This document shows, in pieces, positions 53,328 through 63,192 of a stretch of DNA of 64,000 nucleotides. The stretch's first letter is position 1. Each line of letters opens with the position of its first letter. A program made the position numbers and the translations under genes. The notes beneath the pieces are model-generated. The model made no database searches. It saw nothing but the letters and a program-made list of their open reading frames with translations, and was not told where the DNA came from. The stretch covers positions 5,471-69,470 of the forward strand of contig CACOFQ010000001.1 in assembly GCA_902626505.1 (NCBI GenBank), read 5' to 3'. This DNA comes from an uncultured Marinoscillum sp. GTDB taxonomy: Bacteria; Bacteroidota; Bacteroidia; Cytophagales; MED-G16.

Positions 53328-53350
53328 TTTTCTTTTTGAATTTTCTTTTT
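53326..53350 (+). repeat. Tandem 12-mer AATTTTCTTTTT x2 (one G between copies) at the rpsJ / glycanase junction
   Basis: Copies at 53326-53337 and 53339-53350 are identical. The first copy overlaps the rpsJ stop codon. Confidence 0.8.
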
Positions 53351-53367
53351 AATGCATTTACTTCGTG

Positions 53368-56300
53368 ATGCTTATGGCTAAACTTATTATTGCCTTTCAT
53401 ATATTTTTTTTATTAAGTTTTTCATCTTTTTCTCAAAACTCATTAAGTACTTCCGGAAAAGCTATTATAAATGAGATAGGAGATACAATTATTTTAAGAG
53501 GTATGGGACTTGGTGGTTGGATGGTACAAGAAGGATATATGATGGCTCCTGGTGGATTTTCATCTACACAATATCAAATTAGAGATAGACTTATTGAACT
53601 AATTGGACTTCAAGAAACAAATATATTTTATGATAATTGGCTCTCAAATCATGTGAGGAAAATTGATATTGATTCAATGAAACAATGGGGTTTTAACCTT
53701 GTAAGAGCTCCTATTCACTATAATTTATTTACTCAACCTATTGAAAATGAATCATATCCTTTTGCGTATACTGAAAAGGAAAAAGGGTTTCAGTTACTTG
53801 ATTCTCTTTTAAGTTGGTGTAAAGAAAATGAGATATATCTTATGATTGATTTGCACGCTGCACCTGGAGGACAAGGTTATAATGCTGATATTTCAGATTA
53901 TGATCCATCCAAACCCTCACTTTGGGAAAGTGAATATAATCAGCATAAGACAGTTGAATTATGGAAAAGAATTGCAAATAGATACAAAGATGAGGAATGG
54001 ATCGCTGGATATGATCTAATTAATGAACCTAATTGGGATATTCCGGAGGGAGCTCTTTTAAGAGATCTTTATGGGCAAATAACAGATGCAATAAGAGAAG
54101 AGGGAGATAATCATATTTTATTTATTGAGGGAAATTGGTTTGCAAATGATTTTACTGGACTTACTCCACCTTGGGATGATAATTTTGTTTATAGCCCTCA
54201 TAAGTATTGGTCACCTGTAGATCAAGGTTATTTAGATTGGATGTTGCCATTAAGAGATTCGCTAAATGTTCCTCTTTTTGTTGGTGAAACTGGTGAAAAT
54301 TCAAATTTTTGGTACAGAGATGCAGTGAAAGTTTTTGAAGAAAATGGTATTGGCTGGGCTTGGTGGCCATTAAAACGTATAGGTGCTATCCAGCCTCCAT
54401 TGTCAATTAGTTATAATGAAAAATTTAAAGCTATTGTAGATTATTGGAATACTGGTGATATAAAACCATCAAAAGAAGATGCTATTGAGGGATTGAGGCA
54501 ATTAACGGAAGATATAAAACTAGAAAATTGCTTTTATCACAAGGATATTATTGATGCCTTATTTAGGCAACCCTTTTCTTCTGAGACTAAAAAATTTAAT
54601 GATAATGAAATTCCTGGAAAAATTTATGCAACCGATTTTGATATGGGTATAATGGGTGAAGCTTATTATGATGCAGGATCTGAGGCAAACTATGGTGGAG
54701 AGTTTTCTCCTTGGAATAATGGATGGGCCTATAGAAATGATAATATTGATATTCAAGACAATAAGGACCCTCTTTCTAATGGGTACAATGTTGGATGGAT
54801 AGAAAGAGATGAATGGATGAAGTATTCTTTTTCTTTAAACAATGATGGACTATATAATGTAAAGATTAGAGTAGCTACAATCGATGATGATGGGAGGTTT
54901 TACTTTAAGATAAATGAAAATCAAGTAACTGATATGATAGATGTTCCAATAACAGGATCATGGAAGGAATGGGATTATATTCAAATTGATTCACTTGTTT
55001 TAAATAGTACTGATGAAAATTTTATTTTTCACGCAGATCAAGGAACATTTAACCTTAGTTTTTTTGAATTTATTCGTATTGGTGATATATCATTAGTTGA
55101 GACTAAATATGTTTCTTCTTATACCTTGAATGAAAGAACACTTATAATCAATACAAATAAAGATCTTGATTCATCATCAAATTTGAATTTTGCTGATTTT
55201 AGTGTTTTTATTAATGAAGAGGATATTTCTATAAATAATATTTATTTCAATAATTCTCCAAGGTCTATAGAAGTTGAGTTGAATCATGCTATTCAGCCTA
55301 CAGATTCAATTAGAATAACTTATTTAGGTAATTCAGTCAAATCTGTTGATAATATGTCGTTAAAGAAATTTACAGATGTGCTTGTGAAAAATAGAATTCC
55401 ATTTATTCATGATATACCTGGTAAAATTGAGGCAGAGCATTTTTTTTCTCAAAAAGGAATGGAGTTAGAAAACACTACAGATGAGGGTGGTGGATTTAAT
55501 ATTGGTAGCCTTAATAATGGAGATTTTGCTGATTATTATGTCGACATAAAAACATCCGGTACTTATAATGTTACTTATAGGGCTGCTGCTGACTCATCTT
55601 ACTCTGAAGGAGGCCAGGTTGAACTTAGTATTTATGATACAAATACAAACGTATTTAACTTCTTACAAAATTTAATTATTCCACCTACAACTGGTTGGCA
55701 AGATTGGGAAAATACAAGTAAGGCATTAAATTTAGACTCTGGTGAATATCAAATTAGACTTAAAGTCCTTTCAGGTCCTTTTAATTTAAATTGGTTTTCT
55801 TTCGATAATTCAGTCTCCGTTGGAATACCAATACCTGGATATGTTCAAGCCGAAGATTTTGTTTTCCAAGAAGGAATCTCTTTAGAAATGTCAGAAGATG
55901 AGGGTGGTGGTCAGAATATTGGATATTTAGATTCGGCAGATTATGCGGACTATATCGTAGATGTAACAAAACCTGGTTTGTATGATTTAAGTTATAGGGT
56001 AGCTTCTGATGGTAGTCAAGATTATGCTAATGGTGGGACAATCCAATTGCAATTATTGGAGGATTCAACAGTTAAAGAGTTACATACCATATCATTTCCA
56101 CCTACAACTGGTTGGCAAGATTGGGTAACTTTTAAAAACTTCCCTAAAATTAATTTAGAATCTGGAGATAAAAAGATTAGATTATTATTTACTAAAACCC
56201 CATTTAATTTAAATTGGATCCTATTTGAGGATTTTGAAGGTACTGTTCTTGGACTGGAGAAAGATGATCTTAGGATAGATGTTTTCCCTAATCCAACGGA

Positions 56301-56520
56301 TAAGTTTATAAATGTTATTTCAGATTATGTTCCAAAAAATAATATTAATTATAAATTAGTCGATCTAAATGGGAAAATTATTTACGAAAGAAATAAACTT
56401 TATAGATCAAAGATTTCAGAGAAAATAGATATAAATTCATTAAAATCAGGCCTAATATTTCTTGTGATAAGTGAGGAGGATCAACTATTAGAAATTAAGA
56501 AAATTCTTATTAAAAATTAG
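53368..56520 (+). CDS. Secreted glycoside hydrolase family 5 (beta-glucanase-like) with three CBM6-like modules and a T9SS C-terminal sorting domain
   Basis: Signal peptide, then a GH5 core (GLGGWMVQEGYM, acid/base in DLINEPN, nucleophile in FVGETGEN). Three modules start IPGK/IPGY and end FNL(N/S)(W/F)F; the last two carry PPTTGWQDW. C-terminal DVFPNPTDKFINV...LKSGLIFLVI is a T9SS type-A CTD. The start could be GTG 53365, ATG 53368 or ATG 53377. Confidence 0.85.
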   Translation: MLMAKLIIAFHIFFLLSFSSFSQNSLSTSGKAIINEIGDTIILRGMGLGGWMVQEGYMMAPGGFSSTQYQIRDRLIELIGLQETNIFYDNWLSNHVRKIDIDSMKQWGFNLVRAPIHYNLFTQPIENESYPFAYTEKEKGFQLLDSLLSWCKENEIYLMIDLHAAPGGQGYNADISDYDPSKPSLWESEYNQHKTVELWKRIANRYKDEEWIAGYDLINEPNWDIPEGALLRDLYGQITDAIREEGDNHILFIEGNWFANDFTGLTPPWDDNFVYSPHKYWSPVDQGYLDWMLPLRDSLNVPLFVGETGENSNFWYRDAVKVFEENGIGWAWWPLKRIGAIQPPLSISYNEKFKAIVDYWNTGDIKPSKEDAIEGLRQLTEDIKLENCFYHKDIIDALFRQPFSSETKKFNDNEIPGKIYATDFDMGIMGEAYYDAGSEANYGGEFSPWNNGWAYRNDNIDIQDNKDPLSNGYNVGWIERDEWMKYSFSLNNDGLYNVKIRVATIDDDGRFYFKINENQVTDMIDVPITGSWKEWDYIQIDSLVLNSTDENFIFHADQGTFNLSFFEFIRIGDISLVETKYVSSYTLNERTLIINTNKDLDSSSNLNFADFSVFINEEDISINNIYFNNSPRSIEVELNHAIQPTDSIRITYLGNSVKSVDNMSLKKFTDVLVKNRIPFIHDIPGKIEAEHFFSQKGMELENTTDEGGGFNIGSLNNGDFADYYVDIKTSGTYNVTYRAAADSSYSEGGQVELSIYDTNTNVFNFLQNLIIPPTTGWQDWENTSKALNLDSGEYQIRLKVLSGPFNLNWFSFDNSVSVGIPIPGYVQAEDFVFQEGISLEMSEDEGGGQNIGYLDSADYADYIVDVTKPGLYDLSYRVASDGSQDYANGGTIQLQLLEDSTVKELHTISFPPTTGWQDWVTFKNFPKINLESGDKKIRLLFTKTPFNLNWILFEDFEGTVLGLEKDDLRIDVFPNPTDKFINVISDYVPKNNINYKLVDLNGKIIYERNKLYRSKISEKIDINSLKSGLIFLVISEEDQLLEIKKILIKN
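55414..56229 (+). repeat. Tandem duplication of CBM6-like modules inside the GH5 gene (period about 417 nt)
   Basis: Modules at about 55414-55806 and 55831-56229. A 30-nt block TTCCACCTACAACTGGTTGGCAAGATTGGG is identical at 55679-55708 and 56096-56125. Confidence 0.8.
56269..56517 (+). other. T9SS (Por) C-terminal secretion-signal domain of the GH5 protein
   Basis: LRIDVFPNPTDKFINV...YKLVDLNGKIIYE...INSLKSGLIFLVI...KKILIKN follows the TIGR04183-type pattern. Confidence 0.7.
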
Positions 56521-56565
56521 GGTGTTATTTCCATTTTTTTTTAAATAAAAATAAGTTTTCTATTA

Positions 56566-56596
56566 TTTGATGAGATAGCTTAAATTGTTATCTTTG
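56566..56596 (+). promoter_or_regulatory. Bacteroidota sigma-A type promoter in front of rplC
   Basis: TTTG (56566-56569), 19-nt spacer, TATCTTTG (56589-56596). It lies 40 nt upstream of the rplC ATG. Confidence 0.55.
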
Positions 56597-56636
56597 CACA
56601 CATTTTGTATAAAGATTATAACCGAATTATATAGCA

Positions 56637-57269
56637 ATGTCTGGAATAATTGGAAAAAAGTTGGGGATGACAAGTATATTCGACTCAAGAGGTAAGAGTA
56701 TAGGGTGTACCGTAATCCAAGCTGGTCCTTGTTTTGTTACTCAAATAAAAGATAGAGATAAAGACGGTTATAGAGCAATTCAGTTATCATTTGATGATCT
56801 CAAAGCTAAGAAAATATCAAAATCAATAAAAGGCCACTTTTCCTTATCAAATGTTCCTCCAAAAAAGAAAGTTGTTGAATTCCGTAATTTTAGAAAAGAG
56901 TTTGATTCCAAGGTTAAATTAGGAATGGAAATTAATATAGACGATGTTTTTAATGAAAATGAGTTTTTAGATGTAACATCAATTTCTAAGGGTAAAGGGT
57001 TTCAGGGTGTTGTAAAAAGACATAATTTTGGTGGAGTTGGTCAAAACACGCATGGTCAACATAATAGAAATAGAGCTCCTGGATCAATTGGTGCTGGATC
57101 TACGCCGTCTAGAGTATTTAAAGGAATGAGAATGGCTGGAAGAACCGGAGGTGAAAAAGTAACAATGCAAAACTTAAAAATTTTAAAAATTGATCAAAAA
57201 GACAATTTAATATATGTTGGTGGGTCTGTACCTGGATCTAAAGATTCTTACGTTGTTTTATCAAATTAA
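56637..57269 (+). CDS. rplC: 50S ribosomal protein L3
   Basis: [12 protein letters not shown]...G....[11 protein letters not shown] and [14 protein letters not shown]. Confidence 0.97.
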   Translation: MSGIIGKKLGMTSIFDSRGKSIGCTVIQAGPCFVTQIKDRDKDGYRAIQLSFDDLKAKKISKSIKGHFSLSNVPPKKKVVEFRNFRKEFDSKVKLGMEINIDDVFNENEFLDVTSISKGKGFQGVVKRHNFGGVGQNTHGQHNRNRAPGSIGAGSTPSRVFKGMRMAGRTGGEKVTMQNLKILKIDQKDNLIYVGGSVPGSKDSYVVLSN

Positions 57270-57274
57270 AAATA

Positions 57275-57901
57275 ATGAAATTAGATATTAATAAAATTTC
57301 TGGAAAAGCAAGTGGTAAAAAAATTACCCTATCTGATAAAATTTTCTCAATTGAGCCAAATGATCATGCAATTTATCTTGATGTCAAGAGTTATCTAGCT
57401 AATCAAAGACAAGGTAATAGTAAAGTTAAAGGAAGATCTGAAATTACAGGCTCTACAAGAAAAATTAAAAAACAAAAAGGAACTGGTACAGCAAGAGCTG
57501 GTAGTATTAAATCTCCCTTATTTAAAGGAGGTGGTCAGATTTTTGGTCCTGAACCTAGAGAATACAAAAATAAGATTAATAAAAAAGTAAAAGATTTAGC
57601 AAGAAAATCTGCTCTCACACATAAAGCTAAGGAAAAATCAGTTTTTATAGTTGATAATTTAGAAATGAAAAAACCAAAAACTAAAGATTTTGTTACTTTC
57701 TTGTCAAACTTTGCGGTTGATAGTAAAAAGACTCTTTTATTTATGTCTGAAAAAAATGAAAATGTTGTGCTATCTTCAAATAATCTAGAAAATGCTCTTG
57801 TTAAAGAAGTTAAAGATATAAATACATATGATATAATAAATGCTGATAGCATCTTCTTTGATGAAGAGTCAGTAAAAAAACTAAATGAAATTTTTAAATA
57901 A
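57275..57901 (+). CDS. rplD: 50S ribosomal protein L4
   Basis: RQGN...K.RSE..GS.RK..KQKGTG.AR.GS..SP.F.GGG..FGP. Confidence 0.95.
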   Translation: MKLDINKISGKASGKKITLSDKIFSIEPNDHAIYLDVKSYLANQRQGNSKVKGRSEITGSTRKIKKQKGTGTARAGSIKSPLFKGGGQIFGPEPREYKNKINKKVKDLARKSALTHKAKEKSVFIVDNLEMKKPKTKDFVTFLSNFAVDSKKTLLFMSEKNENVVLSSNNLENALVKEVKDINTYDIINADSIFFDEESVKKLNEIFK

Positions 57902-57902
57902 A

Positions 57903-58190
57903 ATGGCTGTACTTATAAAACCTATATTAACAGAAAAGGCTACTACTTATAATGATAAGGGTAAGTTTTCATTTATTGTTGATAAAAAAGCTAATAAAGT
58001 ACAGGTAAAAAAGGCAGTTGAAAAAACTTACGACGTTAATGTTGTAAGTGTAAATACAATAAATGTTTTAGGAAAGTCAGTATCTAAATATACAAAAACA
58101 GGTATTGTTACTGGAAGAAAGCCATCATATAAAAAAGCAATTGTTCAATTAAAAGAAGGTGAGTTTATAGATTTTTACTCTCAGATTTAA
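57903..58190 (+). CDS. rplW: 50S ribosomal protein L23
   Basis: MAVLIKPILTEKAT...F.V...ANK..VK.AVEK.Y.V.V..VNT. I used the ATG at 57903, right after the rplD stop, instead of the upstream in-frame ATG at 57885 given in the track. Confidence 0.93.
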   Translation: MAVLIKPILTEKATTYNDKGKFSFIVDKKANKVQVKKAVEKTYDVNVVSVNTINVLGKSVSKYTKTGIVTGRKPSYKKAIVQLKEGEFIDFYSQI

Positions 58191-58200
58191 ATTTTAAATT

Positions 58201-59019
58201 ATGTCCAAGAAAATTAAACCAGTAACTCCAGGTCTTAGATTCAGAATCGCTCCATCTTTTGATGATATTACTACTTCTTCTCCTGAAAAATCTCTATTAA
58301 AGACACTCAAGAAATCTGGAGGAAGAAATAGTAGTGGGAAGATGACTGTTAGAAATGTAGGTGGTGGTCATAAAAGAAAAATTAGAATGATAGATTTTAA
58401 AAGAGTAAAGGATGATATCCAAGCAACAGTAAAATCTATAGAATATGATCCGAATAGATCTGCTAATATTGCATTAATTTCATACATAGATGGTCATAAA
58501 AGCTATATTATTGCACCAAATGGTCTAGAAGTTGGACAAACTGTAATTTCTGGTAATAATTCACCAATTGAGGTAGGTAATTGCCTGAATTTAGAAAGTA
58601 TTCCTCTTGGAACAATTATTCATAATGTTGAATTATTTCCTAAAAAAGGTGCTGCTCTTGCTCGAAGCGCTGGTTCATATGTACAATTAGTTGCAAAAGA
58701 AGGTAAATATGCTACATTGAAGCTTCCTTCTGGTGAAATGAGACTTGTTCTTTTAACCTGTAGAGCTTCAATTGGTGCTGTATCTAATTCTAATCATATG
58801 AATACAAGGCTAGGAAAGGCTGGAAGAAATAGGTGGCTTGGCAGAAGACCAAGGGTCAGAGCAGTTGCAATGAATCCAGTTGATCATCCTATGGGTGGTG
58901 GAGAAGGAAAAGCATCTGGAGGTCATCCTAGATCTAGAAATGGATTATATAGTAAAGGCTTAAAAACTAGAAAAAAGAATAAGTATTCAGATAAATTAAT
59001 AATTAAAAAACGTAAATAA
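58201..59019 (+). CDS. rplB: 50S ribosomal protein L2
   Basis: GGRN..G..T.R..GGGHKR..R.IDF.R, and the C-terminal [21 protein letters not shown]. Confidence 0.98.
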   Translation: MSKKIKPVTPGLRFRIAPSFDDITTSSPEKSLLKTLKKSGGRNSSGKMTVRNVGGGHKRKIRMIDFKRVKDDIQATVKSIEYDPNRSANIALISYIDGHKSYIIAPNGLEVGQTVISGNNSPIEVGNCLNLESIPLGTIIHNVELFPKKGAALARSAGSYVQLVAKEGKYATLKLPSGEMRLVLLTCRASIGAVSNSNHMNTRLGKAGRNRWLGRRPRVRAVAMNPVDHPMGGGEGKASGGHPRSRNGLYSKGLKTRKKNKYSDKLIIKKRK

Positions 59020-59024
59020 ATAAA

Positions 59025-59294
59025 ATGGCAAGATCATTAAAAAAAGGACCATATATCGATTTCAGATTAAAGAAAAAAATTGATGCCACCAATGAAAGTG
59101 GTAAAAAAAGTGTAATCAAAACTTGGTCTAGAAGATCTATGATTTCTCCTGATTTTGTTGGACATACCTTTGGCGTACATAATGGAAATAAATTCATACC
59201 AGTTTTTGTAACTGAAAATATGGTGGGTCATAAATTAGGTGAATTTTCTCCTACAAGAAATTTTAGGGGTCATGTTAATAAAAAAAATAACTAA
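59025..59294 (+). CDS. rpsS: 30S ribosomal protein S19
   Basis: [14 protein letters not shown].......KTWSRRS.I.P.FVGHT..VHNG.KF.PV. Confidence 0.97.
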   Translation: MARSLKKGPYIDFRLKKKIDATNESGKKSVIKTWSRRSMISPDFVGHTFGVHNGNKFIPVFVTENMVGHKLGEFSPTRNFRGHVNKKNN

Positions 59295-59668
59295 TGGAAG
59301 CAATTGCAAAACTAAATAATGTACCTACTTCTCCAAGAAAAATGAGATTAATTGCAGATCTTATTAGAGGTATGGGTGTTGATTTGGCTTTAAATACTTT
59401 AAAGTTTGACTCCAAGATTGGTTCTAAAAGAATGGAAAAACTACTTCTTTCTGCTATTTCAAATTGGCAAGAAAAAAATAAAGATCAGAAAATTGAAGAT
59501 GCAGATTTATTTATAAAAGAAATTTTTGTTAACGGTGGTAAAATGATAAAAAGATTGAGACCTGCTCCACAAGGTAGGGCTCATAGAATTAGAAAAAGAT
59601 CAAATCATGTTACTATGGTTTTAGATAGTTTAATTAAGGAAAATAAAAAAGATGGGACAAAAAATTAA
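59294..59668 (+). CDS. rplV: 50S ribosomal protein L22
   Basis: [14 protein letters not shown]...A...L.F and [17 protein letters not shown]. Confidence 0.96.
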   Translation: MEAIAKLNNVPTSPRKMRLIADLIRGMGVDLALNTLKFDSKIGSKRMEKLLLSAISNWQEKNKDQKIEDADLFIKEIFVNGGKMIKRLRPAPQGRAHRIRKRSNHVTMVLDSLIKENKKDGTKN

Positions 59669-60326
59669 TCCAACAGGTCTTAGATTAGGTATCATTAAAG
59701 GGTGGGAATCCAGTTGGTACGGTGGTAAAGATTTTTCTCAAAAAATTGTTGAGGATCACAAGATAAGAAATTATATAAGTTTAAGGATTCCTAGAGGTGG
59801 TATATCTAAAGTTGTGATTGAAAGAACAATGAAGCTTCTTGAAATAACTATTCATACGGCAAGACCAGGTATTATTATTGGAAAAGGAGGAGCTGAAGTA
59901 GATAAACTTAAGAATGAGTTGAAAAAAATTACTGGAAAAGATATTCAGATTAATATTTTTGAGATAAAAAGACCTGAAATTGACGCAAAACTAATTGGTG
60001 ATTCAATTGCTCAACAGCTTAGAGCTAGAATTTCACACAGAAGAGCAATGAAACAAGCTATTGCTTCAGCCATGAGGGTAGGAGCTCAAGGTATCAAAGT
60101 TAAAGTTTCAGGTAGAATAGGTGGAGCAGAAATGGCAAGATCCGAACAATATAAAGAAGGAAGAACACCACTTCATACAATAAGAGCAGATATTGACTAT
60201 GCTATATGTGAGTCAAATACAATTTATGGTAAGATAGGAGTCAAAGTATGGGTTTACAAAGGTGAAGTTGTTGGAAAAAGAAGTTTATCATTGAATGTTG
60301 GAAGTAAAAACAGTTTTAAGGCTTAA
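59652..60326 (+). CDS. rpsC: 30S ribosomal protein S3
   Basis: [14 protein letters not shown]...W.S.WY, a KH domain and [26 protein letters not shown]. Confidence 0.97.
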   Translation: MGQKINPTGLRLGIIKGWESSWYGGKDFSQKIVEDHKIRNYISLRIPRGGISKVVIERTMKLLEITIHTARPGIIIGKGGAEVDKLKNELKKITGKDIQINIFEIKRPEIDAKLIGDSIAQQLRARISHRRAMKQAIASAMRVGAQGIKVKVSGRIGGAEMARSEQYKEGRTPLHTIRADIDYAICESNTIYGKIGVKVWVYKGEVVGKRSLSLNVGSKNSFKA

Positions 60327-60335
60327 TTAGAAATT

Positions 60336-60755
60336 ATGTTACAACCAAAGAGAACAAAATTTAGAAAAAAACAAAAAGGAAGAGTTAAAGGTATAGCCCA
60401 AAGAGGACATACTATTAATTTTGGATCCTTTGGTATTAAATCTTTAGAGGCAGGTTGGATTACTTCTCGTCAAATTGAAGCTGCAAGAATTGCCGTAACT
60501 AGAAAAATGAAACGTGAAGGACAGGTATGGATTAGAATATTTCCTGATAAGCCAGTCACAAAAAAGCCTGCTGAAGTGAGAATGGGTAAAGGAAAAGGTG
60601 CTCCAGAGTACTGGGTTGCAGTTGTAAAACCTGGCACAATCATGTTTGAAGCAGGTGGAGTTACCTCAGATGTAGCCAAAGAAGCGCTTAGACTTGCTGC
60701 ACAAAAATTACCTGTTAGAACAAAATTTGTTACAAGAAGAGATTACGTAGAATAA
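60336..60755 (+). CDS. rplP: 50S ribosomal protein L16
   Basis: [17 protein letters not shown]...RG....FG.FG.K, and [17 protein letters not shown]. Confidence 0.97.
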   Translation: MLQPKRTKFRKKQKGRVKGIAQRGHTINFGSFGIKSLEAGWITSRQIEAARIAVTRKMKREGQVWIRIFPDKPVTKKPAEVRMGKGKGAPEYWVAVVKPGTIMFEAGGVTSDVAKEALRLAAQKLPVRTKFVTRRDYVE

Positions 60756-60757
60756 TT

Positions 60758-60955
60758 ATGAAAAATTCTGAAATTAGAGCTTTATCACTTGAAGAACTTC
60801 AAAAGAAGTTAGTTGTTGAGAAGGAAAATCTTGAGAAACTGATATTCTCTCACGCAGCAACTCCTATTGAAAACCCAATGAGAATTAAGGTTGCAAGAAG
60901 GTTCGTGGCAAGAATTAAAACTGAAATAAATAATAAAGCGTTAAAAGCTAAATAA
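60758..60955 (+). CDS. rpmC: 50S ribosomal protein L29
   Basis: 65 aa with the [14 protein letters not shown] motif, in the conserved position after rplP. Confidence 0.93.
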   Translation: MKNSEIRALSLEELQKKLVVEKENLEKLIFSHAATPIENPMRIKVARRFVARIKTEINNKALKAK

Positions 60956-60957
60956 AT

Positions 60958-61212
60958 ATGGAAAGAAACTTAAGAAAACAAAGAGAAGGAATTGTTACAA
61001 GTAATAAGATGGATAAGACTATTACAGTTGAAGTGCTGAGAAGAGTAAAACATCCTATTTATGGAAAGTTTGTAAAGAAAACATCTAAGTTAACAGCTCA
61101 TGATGAAGAAAATCAGTGTGATATTGGTGATTTAGTTAGGGTAATGGAGACTAGGCCAATTAGTAAAAATAAGAGATGGAGATTAACTAAAATAGTAGAA
61201 AAAGTAAAATAA
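60958..61212 (+). CDS. rpsQ: 30S ribosomal protein S17
   Basis: R....G.V.S.KMDKTI.V.V.R..KHP.YGK..K...K..AHDE.N....GD.V...E.RP.SK.K.W.L. Confidence 0.96.
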   Translation: MERNLRKQREGIVTSNKMDKTITVEVLRRVKHPIYGKFVKKTSKLTAHDEENQCDIGDLVRVMETRPISKNKRWRLTKIVEKVK

Positions 61213-61213
61213 A

Positions 61214-61582
61214 ATGATACAACAAGAAAGTAGACTTAATATTGCTGATAACAGCGGAGCAAAAGAGGTGCTATGTATTAGAGTACTTGGTGGTACTAAG
61301 AAAAGATATGCGTCTGTTGGAGATAAGATTGTTGTAACTGTTAAACATGCAATTCCATCTAGTTCAGTTAAAAAAGGATCTGTCTCAAGAGCTGTAGTGG
61401 TAAGAACAAAAAAAGAAGTTAGAAGAAAAGATGGCTCTTACATTAGATTTGAGGATAATGCAGCTATTTTATTAAGTGAGAATGATGAATTAAAGGGAAC
61501 TAGGGTTTTTGGTCCTGTTGCCAGAGAATTAAGAGAGAAAAACTTTATGAAAATTGTTTCACTAGCCCCTGAAGTTTTATAA
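61214..61582 (+). CDS. rplN: 50S ribosomal protein L14
   Basis: [27 protein letters not shown]...YA.VGD.IVV.VK. Confidence 0.98.
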   Translation: MIQQESRLNIADNSGAKEVLCIRVLGGTKKRYASVGDKIVVTVKHAIPSSSVKKGSVSRAVVVRTKKEVRRKDGSYIRFEDNAAILLSENDELKGTRVFGPVARELREKNFMKIVSLAPEVL

Positions 61583-61590
61583 TTAGAATT

Positions 61591-61905
61591 ATGAAAATAC
61601 ATATCAAAAAAGGAGATACAGTCTATGTTTTATCAGGAAATGATAAGGGTAAATCTGCAAAAGTACTTACTGTACTCCCATCAAAATATCGAGCTATAGT
61701 CGAAGGCCTAAACCTTGTTACAAAACATATTAAACCTACAGCTGAGAATCCAAAGGGAGGAATTGAAAAACAAGAATCTTCTATACATATAAGTAATCTT
61801 ATGTTAGTAGATCCTGCAGATGGAAAACCTACTAAAATTTATAGAAAAAGAAATAAGGATGGTAAAATTGAAAGATATTCAAAGAAAACAAATAAAGTAA
61901 TTTAA
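61591..61905 (+). CDS. rplX: 50S ribosomal protein L24
   Basis: [22 protein letters not shown] motif, across 104 aa. Confidence 0.95.
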   Translation: MKIHIKKGDTVYVLSGNDKGKSAKVLTVLPSKYRAIVEGLNLVTKHIKPTAENPKGGIEKQESSIHISNLMLVDPADGKPTKIYRKRNKDGKIERYSKKTNKVI

Positions 61906-61907
61906 CT

Positions 61908-62459
61908 ATGGCAACTTCTAGACTTAAGAAAATTTATATTGATGAAATTATTCCTGCCTTAATGGAAAAGCTTCAGTATAAATCAATTATGCAAGTTCCT
62001 AAGATTCAAAAGATATCAATCAATCAGGGGTTAGGTGCTGCAGTAAATGATAAAAAACTTGTACCTTCTGGTGTTGAAGAGTTAACTCTAATTACTGGTC
62101 AAAAGGCAATAGCTACAAAAGCAAAAAAATCTATATCAAATTTTAAGCTCAGAGAAGATATGCCAATCGGTGCTAAGGTAACTTTGAGAGGTGAAATAAT
62201 GTATGAATTTTTAGATAGACTTATATCTGTTGCACTTCCTCGTGTCAGGGACTTTAGAGGTTTAAATAGTAAAGGATTTGATGGAAATGGAAATTATACA
62301 TTAGGAATTAAAGAACAAATCATATTTCCAGAGATAAGTATTGATAAGATTAATAAAGTTACAGGAATGAATATAACTATTGTTATTGATTCAAATACTG
62401 ATGAAGAAAGTTATGAGTTATTAAAGGCATTTGGTATGCCTTTTATCTCAAAAAATTAA
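61908..62459 (+). CDS. rplE: 50S ribosomal protein L5
   Basis: RLKK.Y...I.PAL.......S.MQVPKI.KI.IN.G.G and RDFRGL....[19 protein letters not shown]. Confidence 0.97.
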   Translation: MATSRLKKIYIDEIIPALMEKLQYKSIMQVPKIQKISINQGLGAAVNDKKLVPSGVEELTLITGQKAIATKAKKSISNFKLREDMPIGAKVTLRGEIMYEFLDRLISVALPRVRDFRGLNSKGFDGNGNYTLGIKEQIIFPEISIDKINKVTGMNITIVIDSNTDEESYELLKAFGMPFISKN

Positions 62460-62468
62460 ATATTAATT

Positions 62469-62738
62469 ATGGCAAAGAATGCAGTAAAAGTTAGAGATTT
62501 AAAAAGGAGAAAATTAGTAGAAAGGTATGCGGCTAAAAGAGAGGAATTAAAAGCTAAAGGAGATTGGGAAGGTTTAGACAAATTACCTAGAAATTCGTCT
62601 TCTGTTAGATTACATAATAGATGTAATTTATCTGGTAGACCAAAAGGTTATATGAGAAAGTTTGGAATATCTAGACTTGAATTTAGAAAAATGGCTTCTG
62701 AAGGAAAAATTCCAGGTATAACTAAAGCTAGTTGGTAA
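62469..62738 (+). CDS. rpsN: 30S ribosomal protein S14 (long form)
   Basis: NRC...GRP.GYMRKFG.SR..FR.MA..G.IPG..KASW, across 89 aa. Confidence 0.96.
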   Translation: MAKNAVKVRDLKRRKLVERYAAKREELKAKGDWEGLDKLPRNSSSVRLHNRCNLSGRPKGYMRKFGISRLEFRKMASEGKIPGITKASW

Positions 62739-62784
62739 CTTTTACTATTAATGATTAAATTTGCAAGCTTTTTAAAAAAAAGAT

Positions 62785-63183
62785 ATGAATACTGATACTA
62801 TAGCAGACTTTTTAACAAGAATTAGAAATGCAATTCAAGCAAATAGTAGAATTGTTGAGATTCCCTCTTCTAATATTAAAAAAGAAATAACGAAGGTTCT
62901 TCATGATAAAGGTTTTATCACAAACTATAAATTTGAAGATAATGGGCCACAGGGAACTATTAAAATAGCTCTTAAATATAATCCAAGAACTAATTTATCT
63001 GCTATTGAAAAAATTACTAGAGTCAGCAAGCCTGGTTTAAGAAAATATGTTGATTTTGATAATTTACCTAGAGTTATTAACGGCCTAGGTATTGCCATTT
63101 TATCTACATCTCAAGGTGTTATTACTGATAAAGAAGCTAGAAAATTAAAAATTGGTGGAGAAGTTTTATGTTATGTTTATTAA
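62785..63183 (+). CDS. rpsH: 30S ribosomal protein S8
   Basis: DTIADFLTRIRNA.....R.VEIPSS..K..I..VL...GFI and the C-terminal GGEVLCYVY. Confidence 0.97.
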   Translation: MNTDTIADFLTRIRNAIQANSRIVEIPSSNIKKEITKVLHDKGFITNYKFEDNGPQGTIKIALKYNPRTNLSAIEKITRVSKPGLRKYVDFDNLPRVINGLGIAILSTSQGVITDKEARKLKIGGEVLCYVY

Positions 63184-63192
63184 ATAAGAATT

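Noticed and set aside
53328-56636. Glycanase insertion as a mobile element or genomic islet
   Set aside because: There is no transposase or integrase, no terminal inverted repeats, and no target-site duplication spanning both ends. The composition matches the host. I therefore treat it as an old rearrangement and did not annotate it as a mobile_element.
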